Assembly (NCBI RefSeq): GCF_009914755.1
Contig: NC_060936.1
Origin: the human T2T-CHM13v2.0 reference genome, Homo sapiens
DNA: 64,000 bases
Reading direction: 5' to 3' (one strand)
The position numbers were made by a program, and so were the translations under genes. Shown here one piece after another: positions 18,495 through 38,530 of the stretch. The stretch's first letter is position 1. Every line of letters starts with the position of its first letter. Under the pieces are notes generated by a model. It did not search any database, was not told the origin of the DNA, and worked only from the letters and a program-made list of their open reading frames with translations.

Positions 18495-18735
18495 GAGGCA
18501 GAGTAGCATTGTGGCTAAAAGTATAGGCTCTAGAACAAAACTCCCTAGGTCCATAATCCCAGTCCCTCCCCCTGCCTTCTGTGTACGTGACTTTGATCAA
18601 GTTCCTCACCCTGTCTGTCAAATGGGGATAATAATAGTACTACTGTTGCAGGCTTCCTCCATGAAGATTAAGTGGGTTGATAGAGATCATGCATTTATAT
18701 TGAAACCTGGCACACAATAAGTACTCAGTAGATGG
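18495..18735 (+). mobile_element. MIR
   Basis: MIR core-like CTGTCAAATGGGGATAATAATAGTAC...CCTGGCACACAATAAGTACTCA. Confidence 0.75.
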
Positions 18736-18738
18736 TAG

Positions 18739-19079
<341 letters not shown>

Positions 19080-19104
19080 TAATTTCTGATTCTTTAAAGC
19101 AAAT

Positions 19105-19199
19105 ATATACATATTTGTGTGTGTGAGTGTGCGTGCATATGTGTGTGTATACACACACAGATACACACATACATATATATATATATATGCACATATATG
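19105..19199. repeat. (TG)n(CA)n(TA)n compound microsatellite
   Basis: Seen directly. Confidence 0.85.
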
Positions 19200-21556
19200 T
19201 TGTAGGTTCCCAGACTGGAAACCTAGAAATATGTATTAAATATGAATTTAGTGTTTCAGTTCTTTGGATTTCTGTTACTATTCTTGCTAGCTAAAAAAAA
19301 GTATTGCGGTCATAATGGAAAGAAGGACATTGGAAAAAAAAGAGAAGGACCAAAAAACCAAGATGACCGATTGAAATTAGAGGTGTTGGTACAGCCCCTG
19401 GGGAGTCTACATTAAAGTCTTAAAATAGATGGACTTTAAACATCTAGGACCCCAAAGGAGCTAGAGATGACCTTTCTTTAGAGTAACTGAAAGTGATGTC
19501 AAGTGGCTAAACAGCATCCCGAAGGGCTCCAGATGTAGCCTTCTGATGAAAGAGATCTACAGAGAGAGAAGGTGAATGGACTAAGCCACATTTACGGCAC
19601 TGAGCTGGAAATGGTTGTCGGGTCATCTGTAGAAGGATGTGGAGACTGGGGTACCTCAACTAGTGCACAAGCTCCCTGTTGTGGTCTGAAAGGGTGCAGA
19701 GACTTGTGACCCCACCTCACCCAGACCTGGGCCCAGTGCCGCTCCCCCAGCTGACCCACCCAAGCAATGCCTCTGATGTTTGGGACTACCCTCCTCAGCC
19801 CTTCCCTGTAGTGATGTCCAGTTGTGCCCCTGTAGCAGGTGTGCTCCTAAAGTGGACAGGTAGGTGATATCCTTTGATGGAGAAATCCATCCCCACTCCT
19901 TGGGCAGTGGCAGGAGAAAGAGGCCCAAAGTTCCTCTTGTGAGGCTGAGATTAAGATCCCAATGTCAGAGTTTCTGTTCTTTCATCCCCTCCTGCTCTGG
20001 ACCACATCCCTTCATGAGTATGTCCTTGGTGTCAAAGACACCAAGAAGACATCAACTCTAAAAGTAGGTAAATCTCCCTGGGCCAAAACTAAAGTCAGAG
20101 AAGTCTGTCTTTTAATTTCAAAAGTCCTCACTGGATAATCTGACGCTGAAAATGACACGTGGATTGTATCACCTATGCACAAGGAAGAAAGAATCATTTC
20201 CACAGGTATCAGGATTGTTGGTAATGTTGCCCTTCTTCCATGCATCTATGTCGCTGTTTTCCAAAGCTCCATCATGCCCGTCAGTGCCATTTATTGGATG
20301 GCTGCTCTATGTCTGTATTCTACACTGAAACATTGTATTATTACTCCCCACCCCTCTTTATTTTGACCAAAGGAGAGGTTTCAGGAGCTCGAAGAGGGTA
20401 AATAATTTGCCCAGGTCACACAGCTTTAAAGAGGCATAGGCAGAAGAAGTAAATTTTAGTTTCAGCAATGCCTGAGTCTGAGCTCTCCTCCCACCTTCAG
20501 AACCCTCTGGGGTCCCTTCTCCCAAATGCTGGGAACACAGCCCTTCTGCTGGCTTGGTTGATTCATCTCAATTGGAGAAGGGAGTCTGTGAAATTATACA
20601 ACGCTCAACTTGTGAAGCTTCAAATTTTGAGTTTCACACTTGAAGTTCTTTAGGCACGGTAAACTTTTTTGGAACACCATGAAGCATGAAAGCAGATGCT
20701 TTTGGAAATGAACTGTTTTCTATGACATGGTTTTCCAGACAGATCTGGGAAGCTCAGTCAAAGAAGAATGAACATCTTTGAAAATATCAAAAAGTCTATG
20801 TTACAGGGTGGATATTCTCCGGGCTCAAAACTATTCATTGCTTTCTTTTTTTTTGAGGGCATATAAAATAAAAAACAGAAATTGCAACAGAACTTCTGTT
20901 CTCCAGCTGTCAAATCTATTATTTTCCTCCCAGCTCCTGCTGGGGGGATGTGGGGAGAAATCAGCAGGGACCCCTTTTCACTGTCCTTTAGCATGTTAGG
21001 GCATGCCCAATGCTGATGATGAAATATGTGGTTAAAAACGTTTAACCCTTTGTCCTATCCTCCCTCCTCCTCCCACTCAGCCCAGCACGTGCACAAAAGA
21101 CCACGAATGTTACCCACACATAAACACTAGCACCTACCAAGTCTCTTGTCAAAAGCCATTTTAGGATTGCAGCTACCAGATTGTCTGAATGATCTGCCGC
21201 CTTAGATTTTTTTACTAAGAGGATTGAGAGTTGATTCATATAAGGACTATGAAACTTGTGTGCCAGGAGTCTCAACGCAAGAAATAAAAAAAACTGGAAG
21301 TTTCACCCACCTAAATTATCCTTTTGGCTATTGTCATAGCCATTCAGCTACTTGGTTTCAGCTAAAGAGGCTGGGAGGACAGAAATTTCTCTGTCCCAGT
21401 AGGAGTTTAAGATGCAACAAAACAAATGTAGAACTAATAGGCTCCTGGGGGAAAGGTGGGGAAAAGTGTATCTTCATTTCCATTCCTCTCCCACTCCTCC
21501 GGGCTGCTGGGACCCTTTGGAAATCCAGAAAAAGAGTGTTGCTTTTCCACCAACTA

Positions 21557-22121
<565 letters not shown>

Positions 22122-22294
22122 TCAGTGGGAGCTCTCTGTGAAGACCAGCTCCCGAATTTGCATATGATCCAGAGTTGTTTGCAGACTAAGACCAGAAACC
22201 AGGACTCTTTAAACCCTTTGTCCTACCCTTCCTCCTCCTGTAACTGGAGGAAAAGGGCAAAAAAATGCAAGAGGAACAAATGTTTTCAATTTAA

Positions 22295-22464
22295 TTTTTT
22301 TTTTTTTGAGACAGAGTCTTGCTATGTTGCCCAGGCTGGGGTGCAGTGGCTATTCACAGGTGTGATCACAGTGCCTTGCGGCCTCACATTTCTGGGCTCA
22401 AGCAATCCTCCCACCTCAGCTTCCCGAGTAGCTGGGATTACAAGAACATGCCACTGCACCCGCC
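22295..22464 (-). mobile_element. FAM (fossil Alu monomer)
   Basis: 7SL-like GTGGCTATTCACAGGTGTGATC segment. Confidence 0.8.
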
Positions 22465-22586
22465 AAGGGACAAATGTTTTCAATAAAGAGGACTTCATCA
22501 CCTCAGTTTGATCTCCTGCCCCACAGCCCAGTTCCTGAGCTCATCGGGGTGACTAATTCAGAGAGGAATGGGGAAGCTGGTGGTAG

Positions 22587-23106
<520 letters not shown>

Positions 23107-23537
23107 TGACTCTCAGCTGTTGTTCTACCTCCACAACATTCTCACGTACAACACACCCCCAGAAGAAGACCTCTTATTATACTCAGTGATGTCAAGGTGC
23201 CCAGATCTAAAAAAAGGGGGCCCACCTTCCAGTTGAGAACCACTGACTTTTAATGTGCAAACTCCTTTGCATAGATTCAAGGCCCATGCCAGTCTGGCCC
23301 ACATGGCCAGTCTCATCACATCCTCTGCAGCAACTGCATTATTAGCATTATTATATCATGCTTGGAACCAAGGACTGCAAACTCTTATGCTTGTCCTTAT
23401 GAATAAAAGGAGTTGAGTAAAAGAAAAATCAGAAATGGTGAGAACTATGGCAAGCTGAAGAGTTCATGTTCCAGCTTCATCCTCTTTATTCAGTTGTTAG
23501 GCATCAGGTCTTAGAGTTGTGAAAATATTTTCTTTCA

Positions 23538-23921
<384 letters not shown>

Positions 23922-24744
23922 CTACTCTGAATTGCAGATATTTGTGTATGTCTTAAAATCTGGTTTCAAGATTGTGGGTCTGAGGGGGACTATAACTAGA
24001 AGACTGCTTCCTTCTTTTTAGATGCTATGAAAGCATCCTCACTTATTTTTCCTTTTGTTTTCCCCCCATCTCCTTTTAGCAGGCCTGACTGGCAAAGCCA
24101 TGCCTGGGTCAGGCAGCTCTTCTCCTCATTGTCTCATATGAACAGTCATACGCATTCTCCCACTTCATTTTCAGCCTTTTTCAGTTCCATCTCATTGGCC
24201 TACTTAAGATCATAATGAGCCTTGGCTGCGGAATGGGAAAATGGGCTGGCAGGTGGCAGTGGTGAGCGTGGGCGAAATTCCTGCAGACCCAGAATTTGTT
24301 TGCTTCAACATTTCATTTTCAAAGTCTACTTTTTTTCTTGCTCTCTGCTTTGGAGTTTCTTATATTACTGTAGTGTGATCAGAAGCATATAGATCTACTG
24401 TCAGAATAGACGAGAATAAAGGCCATTTGATTCCTCGCTGCTACTGTGATGCGTGTGAAAGACAGTATTGAAAGAGGCACATCATCAGCACGTTACCCCC
24501 GTCCCAAAGGCTGCAGAGTCTCAAGTGGGAGTGACAAGCCAGGTGAACAGGGAGAGATGTCTGTAGTGAGCTCATCTCCCAAATAGAACTCATTATTCTA
24601 ACGATTCCTAGAATTGCCTTCATTTCTCACTATGAGACTGCAGGTCCACCCACCTCAGAACTATCTGGGGTGATTATTCATACTGCTTTCCCACACTCGG
24701 ACAATGTAAGGGCCAGGATTTCTGGAGAAGGGACTATGTATCTA

Positions 24745-25680
<936 letters not shown>

Positions 25681-25834
25681 GGATTCAGTGAACCTGCAGT
25701 TTAACAAGTTACCCAGCTGAAGCTCATGCTGTCCTCCTCTGAGAACTGCTGAATTGCAGAATCCTATCATTGAGTCCCAGTGAGTCCTTCACAATCAATC
25801 AAGGTCTCCAGCAGAGAACCGGACTAAGAACAGG

Positions 25835-26040
25835 GCTTGAGGTTAGAACCTGGTCCTGCCATGTGTTGGCAGATGACTGTAAGAAAGCAGCTTAACCCTT
25901 CAGTACCCCAGTGTCCTCTTCCATAAAAAACAGAAGATAACGACAGTACCTATTCCTTGGGGATGTTTTAAGAATTAAATAAATTAATGCATATAAAGTA
26001 CACTAATATGGCACACAGTAAGTGCACAATAAATGATAGC
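25835..26040 (+). mobile_element. MIR
   Basis: MIR 3' part (AGAATTAAATAAATTAATGCATATAAAG...GCACAATAAATG). Confidence 0.7.
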
Positions 26041-26217
26041 TCTCATTTCCTGCCCAATCCAGTGTTTCCCAAATGTCATTCACAGGCTATCTTCACAATT
26101 TTTGCCATACATGCATAACTCCCTACTAGTATTTTTACTAAGTACCTTACCCCCTTTTTTAGCATCATCCTAAAAAGTGATGCCTGGGGAATTATTTGAT
26201 ATACGATTACATTTTTA

Positions 26218-26906
<689 letters not shown>

Positions 26907-27939
26907 TCAAAATGTTGATTTTAGGTACCACCAGAGTATGTCAACCACTGTCAGGAAACATTGATCTCATCCAACTTCAGTTCCGGCAACTGATGCTTAG
27001 AGTGGTTAAGTGGATTTTCAAAGGTCATGCAGGGAGTTGCTGGAAAAGCCAGAAATACAGGAATTCAGATTTCTTTCTAACTAGGCCAGGGCTCTTTATT
27101 CCACATCAACCTGCTGGTTTTACAGCGGTCTTCAAAGGCACATTGGAAAGTACTGAAAAAGGAACATCCTTTTGTTAGCCTGACATTAGGAAACTGAAAG
27201 AAACCTTATGTATTAAATAGGCTACAAAGGAAACCTCCCTTTAGCATTAAGCAGAAGAGGACGTTGAAAGCATAGGTTCACCTCATTTCACCCCTTCCAG
27301 CCCCAGGGTGGGTGCTGGATAACGGTGCACAGGGCAGGTGACGCTGAAGAGGCCCAGCCCTAGCACTGCCACATGCCAGGCCCCCCGCAGCTGTGACTCG
27401 CAGTGACTGATGATGCTGGAGACAGGAGTCTGCCAAGGATGACAGCAGCTGGGAGCACAAGCTTTAGCGTCAGATGGGCCTGGGTTCTAACCCTCCTCAC
27501 CACTCGCAAACTTGACCTTGGGCAGGTTACTCAGCCTTTCGGAACCTCAGTTCCCTCATCTGTAACATCCTCACAGGTTGCTGAAAAAATTAAGTACTAA
27601 CTAGAGAAAATGCTTAATACAACAGAGGTAGCTTTTATTTTTACTTCATGGTGCACTTCCCTAGATTGAATGATCATATGCCATGAAATGCAAGTAGCTT
27701 TTAACCACAGCTTCAATGTATTAGGAGATATGAAACTTGTTAAACAGAATACTTAGACCTTAAATGTCTTTTCTAATCATGTGAGTCCACAATTCTAAGT
27801 ATCTTTAATATAAATGCAATTACTTTCCAAAAGTCAAGTCTTCAGGAAGTAAAACTGAGCACCACATTAAGCTAATTATTACTGTTTTTTAAGGGTTTAA
27901 TATTGAAGATGTAATAGATATCTGATTTTCCTTGGAGAG

Positions 27940-28350
27940 ACATTTATGCCTTACTTGCAGCTGATCCATGAGTGGACACATACCCAAGCCTGACCAATCA
28001 GCATTTTCTAACACCTAGACATAGACATTTGCTGTAAGTCCATTCAATCAGAGCCAATCCTGGACTCTTAGGAAAGTAAGCACTCTGTCTTCTAGCTGTG
28101 GGCCTAGAGCTGCTGAGAGCCATCCTGCAACCATGAGAGAAGACTTTCCTGGCAATGGTGCCGTCAAGAGGAAAGGAGAGCAGAAAGATGTAAATAGATC
28201 AAGAATCGATGAACTTGTTTGAGTTCCTGGACCCAGCCATACCTGAATGTAGTCTATCACTATACTTATCAGTATGTGAGCCAATAAATTCCCTTATTGG
28301 CCTATCTATTGAGATAGATTTCTTATTACTTACAATCAAAATACTCTCAT
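27940..28350 (+). mobile_element. MLT1-family MaLR LTR
   Basis: CCAAGCCTGACCAATCAG, CCAGCCATACCTGAA, TGTGAGCCAATAAATTCCCT motifs. Confidence 0.7.
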
Positions 28351-28609
28351 CAATAAAATAGGCAATATGATTTGGAAAATATTTTTGGAAAAATACAGAG
28401 AAACTTAACCAACATGTTGTTCACCCAAAGTATTACTATGACAAACAGAAGAGAGAGGTTTCAGAGGACTCAGTCATCATATTTTGTGACAATCGAGCTT
28501 GGTGAGAGATTTTCTTGCTAGTACTATGCTTTTATTCTGCTAACTGAGACCCTGCAAACTTTTCTACCAACCTACTCCCATCTCAGAAGAGCTTGACTTT
28601 GTAACCCCG

Positions 28610-30130
28610 GAAGTCATCACATGAAGATAATGAACAAATCCATCACTCCAAAAGTGTCCCCAGGTCCCTTTGTAATCCTTCTTGTTCACTCCTCCATCCC
28701 TCTCACCTCTAAGTAACCTCTGATCTGCTTTCTGTCATTATAGATTAGTTTGCATCTTTTGGGGCATTATATAAATGGAATGATATAATATATATTCTTT
28801 TTTGTCTGGCTTCTTTCACTCAGTATAATTATCCATATTGCATGTGCATCAATAATTCATTTTTAATTGCTGAATAGTATTCCAGTGCACAACAATTTTT
28901 TTTTTTTTTCCATAGAGACATGGTCTCACCATGCTGCCTAGGCTGGTCTTGAACTCCTGGGCTCAAGCAATCCACCCGCCTCAGCCTCCCAAAGTGCTGG
29001 GATTACATATGTGAGCCACCGTGCCTGGCCCATTGCACAACAATTTATCTATTTTCCTGTTGATGGACATTTGAGTTGTTTCCACTTTTAGGTTATTGAA
29101 AATAAAGCTACTATAAATATTTGTGTACAAGTCTTTGTATGGGCATATGCTTTCCATTCTCTTGGTTAAATATGTAGGAGTAGAATGGCTGTGTCATATG
29201 GTAGATGTATATTTAACTTTTTAACAAACCGTTTTTCCAAAGTAGTTGTATCACTTTACATTCTCACCCGCAGCCTGTAAGAAAAAGTTCCAGTTGCTCC
29301 ACATCCTCACCAAAATGTGGTATTGTCACATCTTCATTTCAGCCATTCCAATAGGTGTGTGGTAGCATCTCACTGTGGTTTGAATTTGCATTTCTCTAGT
29401 GACTAATAATATTGAGCATCTTTTCATGTACTTGTTTGCCATCTGTATGTCTTTTTTTGTGAAGTCTGTTTATGTATTTTGCCCATTTGTTAAGTAGGTT
29501 ACTTGGTTTCTAATTAAGTTTTTAGATTCTTTATATATTCCTATATCAGACATGTGATTTGCAAATATTTACTTTCAGTCTCTCGTCTTTTCCTTCTCTT
29601 AATTGTATCTTTTGACGAGTAGTTCCTAATTTTGATGAAGTCAAGCTTATCAATTTTTTCTTCTATGAATTGTGCTTTTGTCATCTTACCTGGAAAATCT
29701 TTCCCTAACCCAAAGTCACAATGATTCCCTCCTATGTTTTCTTCTAGAAATTGTATAGCTTTAGGTTTTACATTTAGCCTTACGATCTACTTTGAATTAA
29801 TTCTTATGTATGGTGCAAGGTATGGATCAAAGTTGATTAAATAATATGCAAAAAAGATATGAATATCTAATTGTCCCAGCACCATTTTTCAGGGGATTGT
29901 CCTTTTTCCACTGAAGTACCTTTTTACCTTTATTGAAAATCAGTTGACCAAGTATGTGTGAGTTTATTTCTGAACTCTCTAGTCTACCTGAACATTGCTT
30001 TTTAATTTTTTTATTATGGCAAAAATATATATAACATAAAATTTGCCATGTTAGCCACTCTTAATTTTACAATTCAGTGGCATTAATGTTAATCACAGTG
30101 TTGTGCAACCATCACCACTATTTTTTCCAA
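28610..30130 (-). mobile_element. L1MB/MC fragments with embedded FLAM (28895-29030)
   Basis: Reverse L1 3' UTR/ORF2 phrases (GTTGATGGACATTTGAGTTGTTTCC, AATTTGCATTTCTCTAGTGACTAAT). Confidence 0.85.
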
Positions 30131-31127
30131 AATGAACATTTTTTTAACCTCACTTTTTTCTTTAAAAATCTTGGGAACTTTGAATTGTATTCCATAATAA
30201 CTCCCAGTTTTGTTTTAATATAAAAAATAATGTTGCCTTTCTAGAAAGATGAGCTATGTTTAGCCTGTAGCTTTGTGTGATTCCACGGCCTCCCTCCTTC
30301 CCTCGGGTGTGTAAACACCCATTTCAGAACCTCAAAAGAAAGCAGAGAATTTACAGGGACCTTAGAGGTCTTCTAGGAACGCCCCTTTGTTTTAGAGATG
30401 TGAAAAGTGAGAACCCAGATCACAGGGCTGGTAAGTGACAGAGCCAGCTGAGAAATAAGAAATGCTATTTTGGGGCTGCTGAAGGGTTTGCACCCAATCC
30501 TGATGGCCTCCCCTCTACGTGATCTGGCTTTGGTGAAATCAACTCTCCTCTGCCTCAGGACACCAGAAAAGTAAAGTAATGCAATCTTCCTTAGAGGGTT
30601 TCACCAAGGGGTAAAAATGCCTCATAGTCAACAGAAGTGGGAGATCAGGGAGAGAAAAGGACAGCTACCCGCAGATTTCTAACCATTAAAAAGGCAGCCA
30701 TTTGGGAGAGAGCGCTTCGAAAGAGCTTGAGCACAAGTCAACGGCAACACTGAGCAGCTCTGCCCCCTCTCAGGATGGATTGCCGACTGCGAGTTCAAAT
30801 AGAAAACAGCCCTATTTACAGGCCTGGTTGAAGAATGCTGCTGAGCAGCCTCTCCTCTCCTCTTAATTCTTGACTATTATTATAGTGGGCCTTTCCCTCC
30901 AAACACTGGGAATTGTGATCTAACCTATCATGTGAAGTGGAGTTTCCTAGTATTCTTGGAAATATTTAGAAAGCAGTACCCTAATCAATCAGCAGTCCTG
31001 CTCATAAATGCAAATTTTCTGAACAAGAAACATCGAGAGATTCTTTCAATGGCTCACCCTTTCAGAGCACTTACTATGGTGCTGAGTAACATTCTAAGCA
31101 CTTTTCATACTTATCGCAACTCAGTGA

Positions 31128-31428
31128 GGGCTAGATGTGGTGGCTCATGTCTGTAATTCCAGCACTATGGGAGGCCGAGGTGGGAGGACTGCTTAAGTCC
31201 AGGGGTTCAAGACCAGCCTGGGCAACATAGGGAGACCCGATTTCTACCAAAAAAAAAAAAATTTTTTTTTTAAATTAGGCAGGCGTGGCGACACTTGCCT
31301 ATGTTCCCAGCTACTTGGGAGGCTGAGGTAGGAGGAGTGCTTTAGCTAGGAGATCAAGATTGCAGTGAGCCGAGTCATGCCACTCTACTCCAGCCTGGGC
31401 AACAGAGGGAGACCCTATCTCAAAAACA
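31128..31428 (+). mobile_element. AluJ within a MIR
   Basis: Dimeric Alu, TSD GCAA(A)CTCAGTGAG; reverse MIR flanks. Confidence 0.9.
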
Positions 31429-31699
31429 ACAGCATCAGCAAACTCAGTGAGATGGGAACTATTATTTTCCTCATTTTAGAGAAGAAATGGAAGCACAGAG
31501 AGGTTAAATACATTGCCAAAGGTCACACAGCTCACCTAAAGTGTCTGGGTCCAGAGGCCTTAACCACCTCCACAGGCACCTCCAATCAACACTGCCGTCT
31601 CAGAGACGCTCCCTCAGCCTCTTCTAATTTGACTTACAGACACAGGTGTGAACACTTGACGGTCCCTGTGAGCAGAGCTGCTGAGCATGCTGGTGACCA

Positions 31700-31855
31700 C
31701 TTGGAAAAATACATGAAGCCAGGGAGTGAAGAGAGGCCGAGGGCCTGCTCCCTGGTGGGCTCTGAGTCACGCAGGTCAGCCAGGCCTGGCCGGCTCAGCC
31801 TGTTACCATCAGCTGTCTCTCTGTACTCTGCTGCACAGCAGGGCCGGGCTCGAAG
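31700..31855 (+). promoter_or_regulatory. Candidate promoter/5' UTR of an alternative RASSF3 first exon
   Basis: Unique GC-elevated sequence with AP-1 TGAGTCA (31763-31769) upstream of a strong-Kozak ATG. Confidence 0.4.
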
Positions 31856-31922
31856 ATGGGAACTGCGATTTATAAGCTCTCGGGCAAAATCAACTTTCAG
31901 GTGAAGAAAACTCACATACCTG
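31856..31922 (+). CDS. RASSF3: Candidate alternative first coding exon of RASSF3 (MGTAIYKLSGKINFQVKKTHIP)
   Basis: AAGATGG strong Kozak, 67 nt open, donor CTG|GTAGGT at 31923, phase 1, in frame with exon 40169. Confidence 0.5.
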
Positions 31923-32564
31923 GTAGGTTACCCTTGCTTCGGATGGTCTGAGGCCACCAGGGCTGCTGGACAGAATAAGTCCCCATGTCGGTTCAATTGT
32001 TTGTGCCTTTGATGTTACAGAAAGACCCCGCTGGCTTTCAGGGCTAGGGATGAATCCTTCAGCCAGGCCCGCTGTTTTGGTTTCTTGTCATCTGAGTTCA
32101 TTAATAAGCCATTTCACAAGTTAAGTTTTATTTCTTGTAGGCAAACGTGCTTTCAAATGTTGCATGAGTTAAACAAAAGATGAAGACAACAGGGTTCTGC
32201 AGCTTCTTTCTATTACCGGACAGCTCAGGAGGTTTCATTTTCTGTAACAGATGTAACATTAACTCCAGCGTTATTTTGACCAGTTATAAATATAAAGGAC
32301 GAGTGTTTTGCAGTTCAGATTCTTCCTAAAAAGACTCAAGAACTTTCAGGCTAAAGCCATGGCTCCCAGGTCTTTCTCAGGAAGCAACAGAAAATGCATG
32401 CAGGCTTGCAGTCCTGGAAGGAGAATTGTGGGAGGTGCCCAGGTAACAGCAGTGCACCTATAAAATGCTTGGTAGAGCTTGGGGCTTCCTGCGGCTTCGG
32501 GAAATGGGTAGATCTTTATTATTAACAAAATCTAAGTAAAGCTTTAACAGAAATTAAATATCAA

Positions 32565-33109
<545 letters not shown>

Positions 33110-33817
33110 TCAAATATTAAGTAAAAGAGGGGATTTCCCACTTTACTCTCACCAGTGGCTGATAAATGAGCAACCCCAAGGCTAGTAAGGACCTCTGCAA
33201 GGCTGGTAGTAGGAAGGAGGAAGCTCACAAGGAGCAGGTATATGTGTGTGTATGAGAGAGAAAGAGAGAATAGAGAGACAGAGAGAGACAATGGTATTTT
33301 TAGGGTGGGAAGGGGTGGAATGGACTTGGAGAGGAATTCTACCTGATCTTAAGCCATGACCTGCTTGTTTGTGGATAGCGAGATGCCTGTCTTCATGCTA
33401 AGCTATGGAAAATGTTGCCAGGCTGTGTGTTTGCCACGTGACCATCTTACTACCATTATCTAGAGGCTCTTACAACACCAGTAAGTAGTTGTATTTCTAG
33501 AATAGCTTGCCTTGTAGTAAGGCATAGCATTACCATATTTCCTCATCTCTAAGGCACCATCTATTGTGACGTACACCGTCATTTTATGTACCACTAAGGA
33601 AAATGCTGTCAATTTCAGCATGCTGTGTCATTGATGATAAAATGTATGTTCATTTCAGAGACGTTTATATGAAAAAAAAAAAAGAAAAGTACCTTTTAAT
33701 ATAGATGAAATTCAATAGATGGCAGTCCAAAGTTCCTTTGAGTCTTATAAGTCAGTGCTAATCCTGTAAATCGGTGGTCCATATAAGAGCATTCCATTCT
33801 ATTAAAATTACATTTAT

Positions 33818-33920
33818 GGCCAAGCACTGTGGCTCATGCCAGGAGTTCAGGGCTGCAATCATGTCACTGCACTCCAGCTTAGTTGATGGAGTGAGACTCT
33901 GTCTCTAAAAAAAAAAAACA
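33818..33920 (+). mobile_element. Internally deleted Alu
   Basis: Alu head joined directly to the right-arm end and A tail. Confidence 0.75.
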
Positions 33921-33953
33921 AAATAAACAACATTTACAATAAGGGATAAATAG

Positions 33954-34897
<944 letters not shown>

Positions 34898-36344
34898 TGT
34901 TTTCACTTTTTTAAAGTAGGTTTTTAATGGAAGAAAATAGTGGGTCTGCTGTAGGCTGATATTGTAGAGATAAAAGTTAAAAATAATTATGATGGAGAAA
35001 CAAAAATGCATCAAAAGAATAAATGTTTCCTGTGTTGTTAGTGAATTCCCTCTTAGAATACTGTTGACCAGCACACAGCTCTCTAATTCAATTTGTCTGT
35101 GTTGGTTTTATTATCACATAGACACACATAAATAATAACATAATAACTTTATTCTATTTCTCAAATAAGAAAGGAGAGCCTTGGGACTTAAAAAAAATGG
35201 TGCATAGTCTTCAAAGGAGAAGCACATGGAATAAGGAATTGAAATGAATCATATATCCCATTCTATTTTGAATTTAAATAAGGAATTATATAGGATTTCA
35301 GTTCTAGTTCCATTTTGGGTAGAAAACAGAAGATGAGCAGGCAGGTGAGGGATTCAGCGCCCTTTTCCCTTCAATATCGTGTCTATGTTTTACTGAATAA
35401 TAAAATACATAGCTGGTGGTCACATCTCTGTTCTTTGCAGGCAAGATCCAGTCCTATTACTCCATCCACTGCCTGGCAGAACAGAGTTAAACTTCTTGAA
35501 GAAATGGCCTACGCCTAAAACCCACTCCCTTACCTCTCATTTACTTCAAGGCGAGGTCTCTTTGCCCCTAGACTTCCTGACGGCCACATCTCCTGTGCTG
35601 GATTCCGTGCTCATCTTCTTGACTTCTCTACGGCACATCACATTGCTGACCAATTGTTTTCTTGAAGCCTTCTTGGATTTTGACTTCCTTACCCCACACT
35701 CTTGCCTATTTCTCCCCCTATCTCTCTGACTTTTCCTTCTCAGTCTCCCTCAATGCTCACCTTCCTCTGAGCACCTCTTCAGAAGCAGTATTCTCTCCTT
35801 GCCCTAGTTCTTACTAAAATAGAAATAGCTGCCACTTTGTGTAAACTCCAACTCTGGAACATTCTAGAACTTAACGTGGTACATCATTTAAAGCTCCTAA
35901 GACCCCGTGAGGCCCCTGCTATCCCCTCTGTCTCACAAACAGTAAGTTGAGGTTCTGAGTAGGATAGTAATGGGTGCAAAGTCTCACAGCTAAAAAGAGG
36001 TAGAGATAGAATTCAAAGCCAGTGTGTCTGACACACAAACTGTGCTCTTTCCAAAAATAGGTCACCCTCTCTCAGACTGCTCTCAGTCACACCCTTGACT
36101 TCCCATACAACTTAATAAGCTAAACAACTCCCAATCTCCCAACCCCATCTCAGCTCTCCCTCCTGAAGACTCACACGTCCAACTTCTTACTCAACATCTC
36201 TGCTCAGTTCCATTGGCATCTGAAGCTTAAACTGCCCAGAACTCAATCTTTACCCAGAACTCAATCAGTGTCTTTACCTTGAGAAAGGTGACCTGGAAGT
36301 CATTTTAGAGTCCTGTCTTCCCATATCAAAATCCTGACAATACT

Positions 36345-37062
<718 letters not shown>

Positions 37063-37348
37063 GTTTTTAGGCATCTTTCAAATTTGACTTTCCATCTTCA
37101 GCTCTAATTGCCACCCTTTTAGTTGAGAACTGTGCCATTTCTTACAATTATAATATTCTCATCATCATGACTATTATGCTTTATAAATAATATTGTTCTG
37201 ATTATAAAATAATTACATGAGCTCTGTAGAAAACACACAAAAAAAAACACAAATAAAACATAAAATCTCTGTAATCTCAACAACCAAACAGAATTGATCA
37301 TTGGCATATATCCTTATCTTTTTTCTATGTATATATTTTTAAAAATTG

Positions 37349-38027
<679 letters not shown>

Positions 38028-38081
38028 GAATCATAACATATCTTCTCTTTTGTAATTTGATTGTTCTCATGAACAATTTCT

Positions 38082-38378
38082 TGCCTGGGTGCGGTGGCTT
38101 ATATCTGTAGTCCCAGCACCTTGGGAGGCCAAGGGGGCGGATCACTTGAGCCCAGGAGTTCAAGACCAGCCTAGGCAACATGGTGAAACCCCATCTCTAC
38201 AAAAAATACAAAAATTAGGCAAGCATGGTAGTATATGCCTGTAGTCACAGCTACTTCAGAGGCTGAGGTGGGAGGACTGCTTAAACCCAGATGGTTGAGG
38301 CTGCAGCAAGCTGTGATTGCCCACTGCACTCCACCCTGGGCAATAGAGTGAGACCTTGTCTCAAAAGAAAAAAAAAAT
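38082..38378 (+). mobile_element. AluJb-like
   Basis: Dimeric Alu. Confidence 0.92.
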
Positions 38379-38530
38379 TTCTCATACCATTAAATATTAT
38401 TATTCTCCAACATTATTTACTGATCACAATATTCTATCATACAGATAGACCAATAATAAACTTATTATTAAATCAGTTAATATACTTTATTATTAAATCT
38501 GTTAATATAGTCTATCTGTATGATAGAATA

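Noticed and set aside
24421-24471. GHLIPRCYCDACERQY* as the missing first half of the C1 domain
   Set aside because: His-to-Cys spacing is 6 rather than about 12, a stop follows immediately and there are no convincing splice sites; probably chance.
31365-31904. 179-aa ORF
   Set aside because: Starts in Alu/MIR sequence, has no domain, and is in a different frame from the candidate exon at 31856.
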